Source of the DNA: Alloascoidea hylecoeti
Taxonomy: Eukaryota
DNA length: 64,000 nucleotides
Direction of reading: 5' to 3'
Assembly (NCBI GenBank): GCA_001600815.1
Contig: BCKZ01000014.1
Location: 496,001-560,000, forward strand
In this document: in pieces, positions 1 through 12,188 of the stretch
How the letters are laid out: each line of letters starts with the position of its first letter
How positions within the stretch are numbered: position 1 is the first letter of the stretch
Notes under the pieces: model-generated
Databases searched by the model: none
What the model was told of the DNA's origin: nothing
What the model saw: the letters and a program-made list of their open reading frames with translations, nothing else
Made by a program: the position numbers and the translations under genes

Positions 1-521
1 ACAACGTTGGTTAGATGAATTTGCAATTTTTACTAAAAACTATTGAGAACACTATTGACAACTAAAGGCAGATCATGATATTAAGAAGATGGAGTGTAAA
101 AACATACCTTGAGCCAACCATCGAAGCCGACCTTTGACGAAGAACACGACCGGATGTATTCATGGAATGAAATTTAGAGCCGTCAATTCAATAGCACAGA
201 TGAAGTTAGAAAATAAAATTTCAAATTATGACCTTATGAGTCTTTTTGTGAACACGCTCACGATCGCAGAAGGGACAAACTGTAAAAACAAAAAATGATT
301 GAATAAATTGATTTTTTTGTCGTTGTAAGACCAAATTAAGATATTAGTGGTGATATGAAAGTTCGAAAGTATAAAAGTACGAAATTTTTAACAGGGCGTA
401 TGTGTTTAAAAGCATTGTTGGTGCTTGTAAGTTTATAATTATGCAACCTGTTATTATGTCAAATCTACGAGCATTAGCTATCTTCTATTTCTAATATTTG
501 TCTAGATCTATCTTTCAATAA

Positions 522-2460
522 TTACTTTCTTTCAACCAGATCAAACTTGTTATCTAAAAGCCAATCTTTCACGGCTTCCCACGCCTCATCCGCCGTAAAT
601 TGCGCGACCTCCTCAGAATCTCCCCGTGCTTCTATATAAACTTTTAATTTGGGTTCCGTTCCACTTCCCCTGGCCGTAAATCGTATTCTAGTCTCGTCTT
701 TTTCTCCCTCAACGGTTATCATTTGTGCCTCTGGAGTTAAAGGCAACTTCGAGGCACTTGCTGTTGACCCGAAGATCTTACCGCTAGTTAAATCCCTCCA
801 GAAAGTGACTTTAAAAGGTCCTATGGAATCTGGCACTCCATTAGAAAATAGAGAAGCTCGTGATCTTACGTTCTCAAATACTTCTGTGGTAATTTCAGGA
901 GTAGGAGATATATAATAACCATTTGCTTCTGCAAAATAACCATATTTTTCATGAAGAATATCAAGAACTTCCACTAAATTTAATCCTTTTTCATGATAAT
1001 AACTAGCCATTTGTAAGAAAATTGTAGCTGCGGCAATCCCATCTTTATCATGGGCTACACTAAACATATATCCAATTGCTTCTTCATAAGCAAAAGGAAC
1101 AATATATCCATCTTTTTCTAAATCCATGGCCTTATTTCCTATCCATTTGAACCCTGTTAAAGTCTCTTCGAATTTAGCCCCATTTTTTTCACATATGCTA
1201 GCAAGCATGTGTGAAGATACAGTACTGGCAAGCATGGCAACTTTAGATTTATCTCCAGGATAATTTTCAATGATATATGCTCCAAAGATAACTCCAATTT
1301 CATTACCTGTAAGTTGAACCCATTTGTTTTGATATTTAACAGCTGCTGTAAATCTATCAGCATCAGGATCATTAGCAATAACTAATTCAACTCCATTATC
1401 ATCAGCGGTTTGCTTGGCAAGATCTAAAGCACCTTTCTCTTCTGGATTTGGGAAAGAAACGGTCGGGAAGGCAGGATCCGGTAATGCCTGTTCCTTAACT
1501 ACGCTCCATTGTGTTTCTTTGACATTAAGTAAATTGGTCATTTCTGTAAACGATTTCAGTCCAACACCATGCATTGGTGTATATACAAACTTCAACTTAG
1601 AATTGACTTCTCTTTCAACTAATTTATCCTTTAATGCTCTAATGTATGCTGCTTGTAATTCTTCATACTTCTCAATTACAGTCCCTTGTTTAAAACCTTC
1701 CTCTAAAGTCTCATCAACACTCCAATCGCCCCAAATGTCAAGATTTTCTTCAATAGACTTTGCAATTAACATATCATGAGGAGGGATTATCTGACATCCA
1801 TTATTCCAATATAATTTATAACCATTATCCATTGCTGGATTATGACTAGCTGTAATCATAATTCCACCATTTGTTTTATAATGATCAATTCCAAAAGGAA
1901 CCAATGGAGTATGACAGAACTTAGTACCATTTTGAGAACCATTTAAAAGGATAATATTTTTAAATCCAGATATTTGAAAAACATATGCTGTAATTCTAGC
2001 AAAAGAAAATGAATTATAACGTCCATCAAATCCAATTACAATACCTTTTTCAAGAATTTCATCTTTTGATAATAATGATTGTTTTAAAATATATTTTACT
2101 AATCCTTGAGTTGTTTGAAGTACAGTAACATCATTCATACGAGAAAATCCAGCTTCCATGCGAGATCGAAGACCTATATTATTTAAAAGAAAGTTTTTGT
2201 TAAATCAATAGTGTGAAATTTTCTAGTAATGAAATATACATACCTGCTGTTCCAAACTGAATTCTTTTACCTAACAGTAGTTGAAGAGTTTCATCATCAT
2301 TTTCATCCCGAAGTTTTTCAATTTGGGCTCTTGTGGTTGGATTCTAAGACGTAAAATGTAGGTCAGTAAATGCCAGCATCAATGAGGTAAAGCTTCAACT
2401 TACGGGATCAATTCTCAACCATTCCTCGGTTAATTCTTTTATTGATTTGGTAGAAGACAT
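522..2460 (-). CDS. PRM15: Phosphoglucomutase/phosphoribomutase (PGM2/Prm15 family), 3 exons: 2460-2404, 2343-2244, 2173-522
   Basis: Motifs FGTAGLRSRM (formed across intron 2), ITASHNP (catalytic Ser), NDPDADR, GFKWIG, YEEAIG, RGSGTEPKLK. Introns 2403-2344 (GTAAGT..TAG) and 2243-2174 (GTATGT..TAG) restore the N-terminus MSSTKSIKELTEEWLRIDPNP. Confidence 0.92.
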
Positions 2461-2984
2461 ATTTTGATTTGAAAGTAAAATGATTAAATATAAAAACTAA
2501 CGGGTAAGCTGGAATTATAGAATAAATCACAAGATGGTTAATTACTAAATTTAAGTAGTGGCCAAGGATAAAACAATCAACTAAAAAGTACCCCCGCATA
2601 TCATAGTTAAAAAATGGACATCACCGAAATTTATTTTGATGTTCTCTAATTTTATTCACCAAAATTGAAGTTTAACTGGAATGTTTCAATGCTAACGCTC
2701 CAACAAATATAATTACGTATAGATGAGTTATTTTGTTGGTGTTGGTCTTGCTGAATCTCTCGTTGGTTTTTAGTTGTACTAATGCTTCGTCAACTTGTTA
2801 TGTTACAAACCGAATATTATTACACATTTGTCTAAAAGTTACATCGAAACTGATACCTATGTTATATATAAATAGTTTACATCATATATCGTTGATACAA
2901 TAAACAACGAAGATTGTACAATTAATTAGCTATAGTATACATTCGTTGAAATATGGGACACAGAATTAATGTTATATGTATTAT

Positions 2985-3060
2985 TCAATCCTCAAAGTCA
3001 TCCTCTAGAAGGTCTAATTCAGCTTCAAGATCCGCTTCGAAGTCCACATCATCTATATCG

Positions 3061-3094
<34 letters not shown>

Positions 3095-5432
3095 TACTTA
3101 AATCAATTGAATCATCAATATTTGAGGAAGAGTCATGGATTTTGACACGTTTAATTTCGTCCGCATGCAATGTTCCCCCATTATCATCATCATCATCATC
3201 CTCCCGGGAACGTTTTCTACCAAGATTTGCTTCTGTGTTATTTGCACCGTTATCAGCTTCGCTTATTTCCTCCTCCTCCTCATCATCATCTGAAGAGGCA
3301 AGAAAGTCGTCCACCTCTTTTCCAACTTCCATCCAGTCAAATTTTAGATCTATATCGTTAAAATTATCATCATTAGATTCATCTGAAAATCTTAATTTTC
3401 CATGATATTCACGGTTTGGAACATCAATAATAAATTCATCCTCAGGAACTTTCTTCCAACTTGAAATACATTTAAATAACCAATCAGGATTAACTATTTT
3501 GCATTCTGGTAAATTGGCTGCGATAAATTGAACTTTTTCTGTTGAATCACTATTACTTATGATATGTGTAAGTGTAGGTAACAATTCATTCACAACTGTA
3601 GCGCCAAAACTTCGAGTCCATAATACGACATCACATGAATCTAAATTGACACCCATTGGTAAAAGACCAGAAAATAAAAAAACACATCCATCGAAAACTT
3701 TTTGTTTCATCCTAGGCATAATATCCTCAATATCAGGAATAATTGGTCTTTTTTGTAATTTTTTTGATTCTGTTTTTTGAACTTTATACTCGTCAAAAAA
3801 TTCATCATGTATTTTAGTTAATACAACTTGTAAAGATGATAACTCAGTGTCATCATCAAATAATAGGTTTCTTTGAGGTTTTGCTGGTAATTGTGACTTT
3901 TCTAATGTTTTACCATTTGTTTCATCATTTTCTTTAATTTCATCTGATTTATCATTTTCTTGTTCACTTTCATCTAATTCATGCTCTAAAGACTTTTGTA
4001 ATTCTGCCAATGGTCGTTCGTGTTGTTGTTGTTCTAAAGATGCATTTCGTTCTGAAGCCTGAACCGCTAATAATTCTGGATTTAATTGTTCGGATTCTTG
4101 ATCATCCTGTTGTGATTTAATTGATGATTCTTCTTTTTCTTCGTTATTTGAGGTTTCATTTTCGATTCCATTTTTCGAATCATTTTTATCACTTGAATCT
4201 CCATTTTGCTCTTTATTACTACCTTTATTACTACCTTTATTATCCTTCGTATTATTTCCCACGGATGATGACTTCCTCCTTTTCTCTTCTAATTCCTCAA
4301 GTTGCTTCTTTTCTAAATTATCAATAAATTTCCGTTTCTTTGATGGTCCCAATAAAACGTTTTGTTTTGGTAAGAAAGAAGAATTTATATCCCCAATTCC
4401 CACAAAAAAATCATAAGGTACAACCTTAATTAGGTTATCACTCCATTTCCAAACGTCACCTCTATCATCAATAATAACAACCATTGATGTATCTGTTGGA
4501 AACAATCTTTTTAACGATTTTTGTGTTAGACTATTACTTTCATCTCGAGTTAATATTCTATCACCGAAGAATTGACCATCTGGATCCACTATTTTAGAGA
4601 TTGCTTTTGCATATGACCTTGTGGCCATTGTATAGATATGAAGTTCATACATTTTTGATACTTTTTGTAAAAATTCTTGTAATCCAGGTCGTAATTTAAC
4701 ATAATACCAACAAATGGTTGGTTTAGGCTTAATTCCTTTATAACTTGGAGGTAAAATGACTTCTTCTTCAAGTGAGAAAGATTCAACGTCCTTTATTGCC
4801 GGATAATTTGGATTATTTGGGTCTTTCCTCCATTCATCAACCGTTGGGTCAACAGTTGCATGTATAATAGTTTGATCTAAATCCACTACAAGAATTAATT
4901 TTTCAGATTTCAATAGTTTTTGTGTTGCATTCTTTTCAATTTTTGCTGCCTCTGATTTTGATACTTTCAAGCCTGAAGTACCATGTGACATTGTAATTGG
5001 GGCTCGGTCTAAACCTGTATTTCCATTATAATCATTATTGTCCACTACTTTACCACAAACTGCGCACAACCCGCCATACTGTACTTCATGTGAGCATGGT
5101 TCCTTAATATAAGCAACTGGTAATATATTACTTGTAATCCTTTGACCGACAGTAATTAATAATTTTTTTAGATCTCCTTCAATTGGGCTTTCAAAGGTCG
5201 AAAGGAATTCTCTTTCAACTTTTCGCGTTTGTGCAGGCGATCGAGTATGATTGTCATCCATATCCTCTTCGGGTTCAATTTCTTCCTCGACTAATTGTGT
5301 ATATTCGTAACGAAAAATCATATCATGCCTTTTTATATAATCATTTATTTGTGATACAATGGACGTCACTGTTATTGGGTAAGGTAAAGATGGCGATAAA
5401 TATATTTTTGTAGGGGGGTTATCAGAAACCAT
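2985..5432 (-). CDS. FCP1: RNA polymerase II CTD phosphatase Fcp1
   Basis: PCSHEVQYGGLCAVCG, DLDQT (DxDxT catalytic motif), KLRPGL, IIDDRGDVW, BRCT domain (VFLFSG..THII..VNPDWL), acidic tail. Confidence 0.96.
3058..3096. repeat. (TCA)n trinucleotide repeat encoding poly-Asp in the Fcp1 tail
   Basis: About 12 tandem TCA/TCG units visible in the sequence. Confidence 0.85.
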
Positions 5433-5585
5433 TTTTAACTATTTTAGTAAATTTGTGGAAGAAGCTCTAAGCTCTAACACTTTAAATCTCATTTGCGACT
5501 GCTACGGGAGGGTAACTCCTTGAACATTAAATCTAAAAAATAATAATGTAAGATAAATATTACTATATTCTATCTATTATCTAAT

Positions 5586-7427
5586 TTACAAGAAAATATT
5601 TTCCTTTGAAATTCTTCGTCTCTTCTTCCTCGTTACTTTCTTAGTCTCATTCAAAACCTTCGTTAGTTCGTCCTCTAATAATGCACTAAACATATTTGAG
5701 GTTTCCTGTGATATTTCTACAACAACATTTGGTGCTAAATATTTGGCTGCTAATAAAAATGGGTCTTTTTCTCTCTTGGTTTTTTCTTCTTCTTCCTTTT
5801 CCTTCTTTCGTTTTAGCATTGTCAGCCGTGTTTGTGAATATTTCACAATGTCGAGTTTCTTGCTTGTGTATTTTAGTCCAAATCCATAAGGATCACTAGA
5901 ATCTATTGATTTCCCATTCTGTAAATATTTGGGCTTCCCTAGAGATGCATACCCCTTTGGAGTTTCTTCTCTAATATTTAAAGCAATTTCGTGTGGATTT
6001 TCAGGATTTCCATTACGTGTCTTTATCGTAGATTGAGGTTCGACAGGGGTTGGAGGAACACCCACAAGAAATATATCATCCTCTTTCAATTCAGTATTAG
6101 AAGGTCTGTCCTCCAATCTCATCTCCACGTCTTCAAATTCATTATCGTCTAAATCACTATCAGTATCACTTCCCAATCCTAAATCAATATGATCCCCATT
6201 TCCGCCATTTGGATTTAATGAATTATTTGCTCGCGTAATCGAATCCTCATCACTCGATTCAGTTCCATCTTCATCATTTTCTTGCTGCTCTTGAGGGAAT
6301 AAATTTTTTAAAGCTTTTTCGCCAAGTTTTCCTTCTGCGACGATTTTCTCTCTTAGTTGTCTAGGATCAGAAATTCTTTTTGTGTATTGGGGTGTGTCAA
6401 GATAAGTGTGATCCGGAGGGAAAGGTGGTAGCCAATCCGGTATAGCGCTTCCTCTAGGCTTCGTAGGAGGGATTAATTCACTAATTTCATAGAATGTATT
6501 TTCTGCTTCCACAAAAGGATTTTTTTCCTGTATTGATTGAGTATCATCATCAAATGAATCACCTTCTGCTTTACTATTTGCAGAACTTCGGGCTTTATCT
6601 GCTAATTTATCAATAGTTTTAATAAATTGAGAATTGTATTTATTTAGTTTTAATTTAGCCGTTTCGAATCTAATTGCTTCTTTATTTAGGTTATTTGCTT
6701 TAATCTTTTTCATAAAAAGACCTAGTTTAACATCAGCATATGAAGGTTGTTTTCTCCTCTGAACAGTTGAGAATCTATGAATACAGTCACCAAGATCTAA
6801 AAAATATTGCTCGGCTAAAAGCGTTAATTCATCTAAAGATGTAGTGGTTGCTCTTGATATTGATAGAGATTTCAGTATTATAGCAATTGTTTGTTTAAAT
6901 AATACACGCATCGGGTCTATCTCATTGTCATTTTCATGAATAGATTTAATAGGTGATAAAGATAATTCTGTCCTTAGTAATGGGCGAGGTTTTGGTTTTG
7001 ATGTTGGTTTTGTTTCCGACTCTTCTTCTTCTTGCTTCAAACTTTTAGTCTTCTCAGGTTTTATGTTATTAGAAGGTTTACTTGTTTCGTGTTTTACTAC
7101 TTTTCCCGATGGATTGGGTTGAGCGGTTGTCGTTTTGGTCGTTTCCGACGTCTTCTTCTCGGCATCAGATTTCGTGTTTATTGTATCGTTTTTAGAATTT
7201 GGGGTGTTTTTGACCACATTATCGGCCTTTATTGTTTCTGTCGTATTTTTATTTACAATTGTATCTTTATCTTCACTTTTATTGTCTTCCACTTCATTTT
7301 CCAACTTTGGTATGGTATCACTCTTATTAGATATTTCCTGAGCCTCTTTTGATTCTGGCACGCTCACTTCAGCCACACTTGAACTTTTATTTTCTTTGAT
7401 GCCATCCTTTTTCTCTTTTTCATCCAT
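5586..7427 (-). CDS. TAF8: TFIID subunit 8
   Basis: Histone-fold (bromodomain-associated) region LDELTLLAEQYF..RRKQPSYADV, plus the TAF8 C-terminal motif IPDWLPPFPPDHTYLDTPQY..DPRQLREKIVAEGKLGEKAL. Confidence 0.9.
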   Translation of the reverse strand: MDEKEKKDGIKENKSSSVAEVSVPESKEAQEISNKSDTIPKLENEVEDNKSEDKDTIVNKNTTETIKADNVVKNTPNSKNDTINTKSDAEKKTSETTKTTTAQPNPSGKVVKHETSKPSNNIKPEKTKSLKQEEEESETKPTSKPKPRPLLRTELSLSPIKSIHENDNEIDPMRVLFKQTIAIILKSLSISRATTTSLDELTLLAEQYFLDLGDCIHRFSTVQRRKQPSYADVKLGLFMKKIKANNLNKEAIRFETAKLKLNKYNSQFIKTIDKLADKARSSANSKAEGDSFDDDTQSIQEKNPFVEAENTFYEISELIPPTKPRGSAIPDWLPPFPPDHTYLDTPQYTKRISDPRQLREKIVAEGKLGEKALKNLFPQEQQENDEDGTESSDEDSITRANNSLNPNGGNGDHIDLGLGSDTDSDLDDNEFEDVEMRLEDRPSNTELKEDDIFLVGVPPTPVEPQSTIKTRNGNPENPHEIALNIREETPKGYASLGKPKYLQNGKSIDSSDPYGFGLKYTSKKLDIVKYSQTRLTMLKRKKEKEEEEKTKREKDPFLLAAKYLAPNVVVEISQETSNMFSALLEDELTKVLNETKKVTRKKRRRISKENIFL

Positions 7428-7516
7428 GACAGTATGAATACTCGTATAATAAAATCAGATACAAGAGGTGAAATTGATGGAATCTTAGGTGGAAGGAGGT
7501 GACGGTAAACAATGTG

Positions 7517-7533
7517 TTACCCGGATCCACGTG
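7517..7533. promoter_or_regulatory. Reb1-type site (TTACCCG) plus E-box (CACGTG) upstream of TAF8
   Basis: TTACCCG at 7517-7523 and CACGTG at 7528-7533, about 90-105 bp upstream of the TAF8 ATG. Confidence 0.55.
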
Positions 7534-8342
7534 GCAAGAACAACGAAAATAATTTTCTTCTACTAACTCAGCATGGATGTGATGATGAGGGCCTAAAATT
7601 TTAATCATTTAGCAAGTCTAGCTGTCAGTGGCTTTCTGGAGACAGTTCTTCCACTGACTATCAAATTCCCTGATGGTATCTAGGCTTCTATCCGAATACT
7701 GTCATCAAACGTATGTTGAGGGATGGGTAGTTAATACTTACATAATTCTACCTGAGCCATACCAAGCGTTAATAACTTATTACTTACTTACTTGATCAAT
7801 GTTATTATTATACTATAATGAAAATATGGCTGTAATTAATTATATCAGAGAAGCATAATTACAGATGTCATTTAAGTAAAAAAGTCAAGCTTCCACTTGT
7901 GACTACAATTCGTGATCAGTTCCATTGTAATAATTCACTTTCTGCCAGCTACCACACGTGTAACGGTAACAAATGTGTGCTACTAATAACAGTAACTTAG
8001 AGCCTTATAGGAATCAATTGAAGAAAAGAAGGAATTACTGTACTTGTAATACAATATTTAAAGGTGGATATCTCTTTGTTTGACATCGAACGAATTATAT
8101 TACCAGTGAGCACGATTTGGTTATGCGTCAAGTGACAATTTAGTACTGTGGCAATAAGTTAATTTTTCCACGAAAATTCAATTTGACAGTGCACGAATTA
8201 TTGTTGCCTAGAGTGACCATTTAATTTTTGTACTTTAAACACAACTTCATATCAAACGTGACCACCAACAAAATTGCCCAATTTCCGTAATTTCAACTTA
8301 TTGCAAACTCCAACATTTTGGCTGGATCTATTTCTCTTTATA

Positions 8343-10682
8343 ATGGGAATCCCTCTGGAACCATTACCTGAAGATCCTGTTGATGTTACTTCCAAATGCA
8401 TGGAAGCCGTGTTTTCTTATAATTACAGCTCAAGAGAAAACACCAAGGTTTATACTAACATCTTAAAGATACAGAAGAAACTACAGGATGATTCGAAATC
8501 AGGGAACTTTGATGAGGCACAGCTACCTGCTTTGGCCATTTTAATACCCAAGTTATTCGATATATTCGCTGAAATTTGTTTGAGTACTTATGTTTTCCCG
8601 GAGGATTCCCAGTCCAAAACCAAGTTCCTGCTACAGATACAAGAAGAAGAGCGTATTATGGAAACAACTGCCTTGCTGATTAAAGAAAACTTTGGGAGAC
8701 TATTGAAATATGAAATAAATCGGAAAATATTTTACAGTCAGAATTTTGTGTATTTTTTGCCTTCTTTGTTATTGTGTCCCGCTGCTGATTTAAAGAAAAA
8801 AGAACAAAATATTAATGATTTTTTTGATATCTTTCATCTAGTGTGCAGAGGCGAAAGAAATAACAGAATTAAGCGTGATTTAATTATGAGGCAATCCATT
8901 GAATGTCTTTTTATTTATTTGAATGGTACGACTACTGCTAAATATGGCACGATAATCCCACTTATAAATCGTCTATTAAGATATTTCGCGAAAACTTATC
9001 TTAGAGATGAAAGTATGAAGGGTTTCATTTATGAATACATTCCAGTATACGCTTATGACTTGTTAATAGCAGAAACTAAAGATGCTCTGAAAAAAGTTGA
9101 GATATGCCCGGAATCTGATAAGAACTTACTAAGGCCAAAATTAAATAAAGTGGCTCTACAAAGTCTTGACTGCATATTCTCTTTATTAAATTATACAAGC
9201 GGATTTAAAGATTACTTAAATCATAGAATATCTCGATGTGATCCGCATGTATTGGGGGAAAATCTTGAAAGTCTCTTTTCAACTCCTAATTTCAAATCCA
9301 TTGATATGAATAATTTACATCTTTCTGATTTATTTACTTCTAAAGAGACAAATTTTGAAACAAATAGAAAAAATGAAATGTCACCAATCAAATTATTACT
9401 TGATATTATCAAATTAGTACCACTTGTTTTCAAACTATATTATGATGAATTTGGTGAGCCATTTGTTAAACTTGTATATGAATCATATCTTTCAATAACA
9501 TTCATTTTCTCCAGTACCCCGTTTATGGAAAAACTAAAAGAAATTAAAAATGGAAATATTTTATTAAGAAGATTATCAACTTTTTTATCAGAAATATATT
9601 TGAGTGATTATTTCCTACCATATTTAGGTTTACCTGCAATTATTGCAATTGGTCTTCAAGATACACTAAATGATAAATTTAAAGGGTTCCGTGTAGTAGA
9701 TGAGGATGTTTCAATTATAGATTCCAATTTATTAGCTAAATTAATGAGATATTATAATCCTTTAAATTTTGAAGCTCTAGATAAATCTAATCAAGCATTA
9801 ACAGTTAATGATGACAATAAATTATATATTAGTCAAATGACCGAATTTAAAACTGCATTCAAAAAAAGTTATTTAATATGTAGTAGAATTATGAATGAAT
9901 TACTTGATTTTCCTTCAGAATTAACTATTAATTCTTTGATACAAAATTTTGCAACCTATGAAAATATATTTATATACGCTTTAGAATCATTACGACAAGA
10001 AGAGATTTTTGACTCAGTTGATAAGATTTTAGGTTTATCAACTAAGGATTGTGGACCTTATCAAAAAAAATTGGCATCAAGGATATATAAAGAGTTGATG
10101 CTTTCAGAAGAAGGACTCAAAATTAGTGATACATATACGATGGCAGTATTAGCTCAAAATCGTATTATATTAATGAGATCAAAAATTGCAATATATAATT
10201 ATACCCTATTAATTATTCAAAATAAAGAATTTCAAGAAATCATGCACCAAGATAAAGATTTAGAAGAACTGATAGTTACAGATTTATCCGCTGTTGATGT
10301 TACTGGTGTTATGTCAGCATTAAAACGATTAGACAATTCTAATTCGAAGAAGGATTTACCCAAGGGTAAAACAAACAAGGTAAATCCCATATCAATTCAA
10401 AATAGAAGGTTATCGAGTTCAGATATCAATATTGACTTGGCGGAAGACATGCAAAATTGTAAACTATATCCACATGATGAAGTTGAATCATCGCATATAA
10501 AAAAGAACCGACATTTTGATTTACTGATCAAACGGCTTAGTTTATCACAATATAAAGTCATGACTAAATTGAAATTTAAGTTTGATTCATCAGCAGATAA
10601 CTTGTTTTCAAAATATTCAAAGGATTTTAATGAAGTTTATGGAAAGTTTTGTGAGATATGGGGAGACAAAAGTAAAGAATAA
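8343..10682 (+). CDS. Uncharacterised ~780-aa protein, predicted mostly alpha-helical (possibly ARM/HEAT-like)
   Basis: Uninterrupted 2.3-kb ORF with first ATG at 8343; Leu/Ile-rich amphipathic helical pattern; no family motif recognised. Confidence 0.75.
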   Translation: MGIPLEPLPEDPVDVTSKCMEAVFSYNYSSRENTKVYTNILKIQKKLQDDSKSGNFDEAQLPALAILIPKLFDIFAEICLSTYVFPEDSQSKTKFLLQIQEEERIMETTALLIKENFGRLLKYEINRKIFYSQNFVYFLPSLLLCPAADLKKKEQNINDFFDIFHLVCRGERNNRIKRDLIMRQSIECLFIYLNGTTTAKYGTIIPLINRLLRYFAKTYLRDESMKGFIYEYIPVYAYDLLIAETKDALKKVEICPESDKNLLRPKLNKVALQSLDCIFSLLNYTSGFKDYLNHRISRCDPHVLGENLESLFSTPNFKSIDMNNLHLSDLFTSKETNFETNRKNEMSPIKLLLDIIKLVPLVFKLYYDEFGEPFVKLVYESYLSITFIFSSTPFMEKLKEIKNGNILLRRLSTFLSEIYLSDYFLPYLGLPAIIAIGLQDTLNDKFKGFRVVDEDVSIIDSNLLAKLMRYYNPLNFEALDKSNQALTVNDDNKLYISQMTEFKTAFKKSYLICSRIMNELLDFPSELTINSLIQNFATYENIFIYALESLRQEEIFDSVDKILGLSTKDCGPYQKKLASRIYKELMLSEEGLKISDTYTMAVLAQNRIILMRSKIAIYNYTLLIIQNKEFQEIMHQDKDLEELIVTDLSAVDVTGVMSALKRLDNSNSKKDLPKGKTNKVNPISIQNRRLSSSDINIDLAEDMQNCKLYPHDEVESSHIKKNRHFDLLIKRLSLSQYKVMTKLKFKFDSSADNLFSKYSKDFNEVYGKFCEIWGDKSKE

Positions 10683-11114
10683 AATATATTACTGAAGTGG
10701 TAATGTCAAAAATTATGCCTGTCTTTTAAACAGATAATTATTATTGATGGCTTATATGATTAAGACGTTAAGAAAATATAAAGACCATTGTTACAATTGT
10801 TGATAATACATAGACTATAGTGTACTAAATAGTTATAGTGCTTAAACATAGAGATTATCTTGAACTATATAAACAGATTTTATGAAAAGATATTATTGTA
10901 GTTATTTAGTACAACTTTAAATTTATTGTATGTACTACGAGAATTACGATTGGAAAACCAAGCAAGACAACAATTTATTCGGTTGTTCAACTTGAGTCGT
11001 AGCGTATAAGATCGTATATGGGTATATATATATTAGAGGTCTCCAAAGACACAGCTATAGCTAATCTAATATAATAGGGTTCAATATACCATTATTTTAT
11101 ATGCCTTCTAAATT

Positions 11115-11846
11115 CTAATCCGATCCCGAAAAAACGTTGAACCATGTGATTTGATCAGCAAGAGCTTTATCTTTAGCAAATTTAACAACTGGATCATTAT
11201 CATCACCACGGACTGCAAAACCATGAGAAATTCCACTACCCAATGTTAAAAAGTATCTAGCTCCAATTTCCTTTAATTTAGCTTCTGTTTGTACTCTCAA
11301 TTCTGGNGTNAAANNNTGNTCTGTTTCCGCCGCATTNATCANCAATGGNTNTTTGANAGCTGCTACTTCATCAATAGTAACAAATGATGGATGTGCAACA
11401 GCTCCAGCTTGGATTTTATCAGTTCCTAAATATTGAATGACAAATTTTGCACCGAAACAGTAACCCACAGTACCAATAAATTTAGGTTGGTGTTCTCCGA
11501 TTATACCATCAATAACAACATCAGAAATTTTGCGAACTTTTTCTGGACTATGCTTAGCTAGCCATTCCTGAAGGTTCGTTTTACCAAAAACAGCTGAATC
11601 ACCTTCTAAAATATCCGGAATTATAGTATAATAACCAGCCTTTGCAAATTGATCTGCAATTAACCTTACATTGATGAAATCATAACCATAGATATCAGGG
11701 AAAATGATAACGATTTTCTCAGACTTTAAAGACTCGTCACCAACAGTGTAAGATGGTATACCGTAGAGTTTAACATCAGAACCAATTGGGTTTCCAGTTT
11801 TGAAGTGACCTTCTAAGCAGCATTTTCCTGGTGGTTTGGAAGCCAT
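11115..11846 (-). CDS. AIM2: Dienelactone hydrolase family protein (Aim2-like), copy 1
   Basis: [11 protein letters not shown]-terminus, GYCFG nucleophile elbow, [13 protein letters not shown]; true ATG at 11846; contains N-masked bases. Confidence 0.9.
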   Translation of the reverse strand: MASKPPGKCCLEGHFKTGNPIGSDVKLYGIPSYTVGDESLKSEKIVIIFPDIYGYDFINVRLIADQFAKAGYYTIIPDILEGDSAVFGKTNLQEWLAKHSPEKVRKISDVVIDGIIGEHQPKFIGTVGYCFGAKFVIQYLGTDKIQAGAVAHPSFVTIDEVAAXKXPLXXNAAETXXXXXPELRVQTEAKLKEIGARYFLTLGSGISHGFAVRGDDNDPVVKFAKDKALADQITWFNVFSGSD

Positions 11847-12188
11847 TGTTTCAAATGAATCAATTAAAAATGATTGGTAAGAAAACGCAATTGGAGATGG
11901 AGAACTTTTAAGTTTAAATTTGCTTAATAATATACAATACACTAAATAATTAATAAGCAATTGGACTCAAATTTCATATATTTGTAATCAAGCTATATTA
12001 TATAAAATTTGTTAATATAAGGATCTTCATTCTCATCCAATGTCGGATTAGTAAGATTATTTCAGATCAACCTCCGATTCCGATCACTGAACGGAAATAG
12101 ATTTAAGATTGTAGGATTGCTGAAACCTGATTAGAATTCAAACATTTCTTTTTAGATTTAATACTCGAATTCTTTCTTAAAATCGTTT

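Noticed and set aside
649..1779. Antisense ORFs within PRM15, and similar short shadow ORFs in FCP1, NOT3, NUP120 and others
   Set aside because: They overlap well-supported genes on the opposite strand or in other frames and show no independent coding signal.
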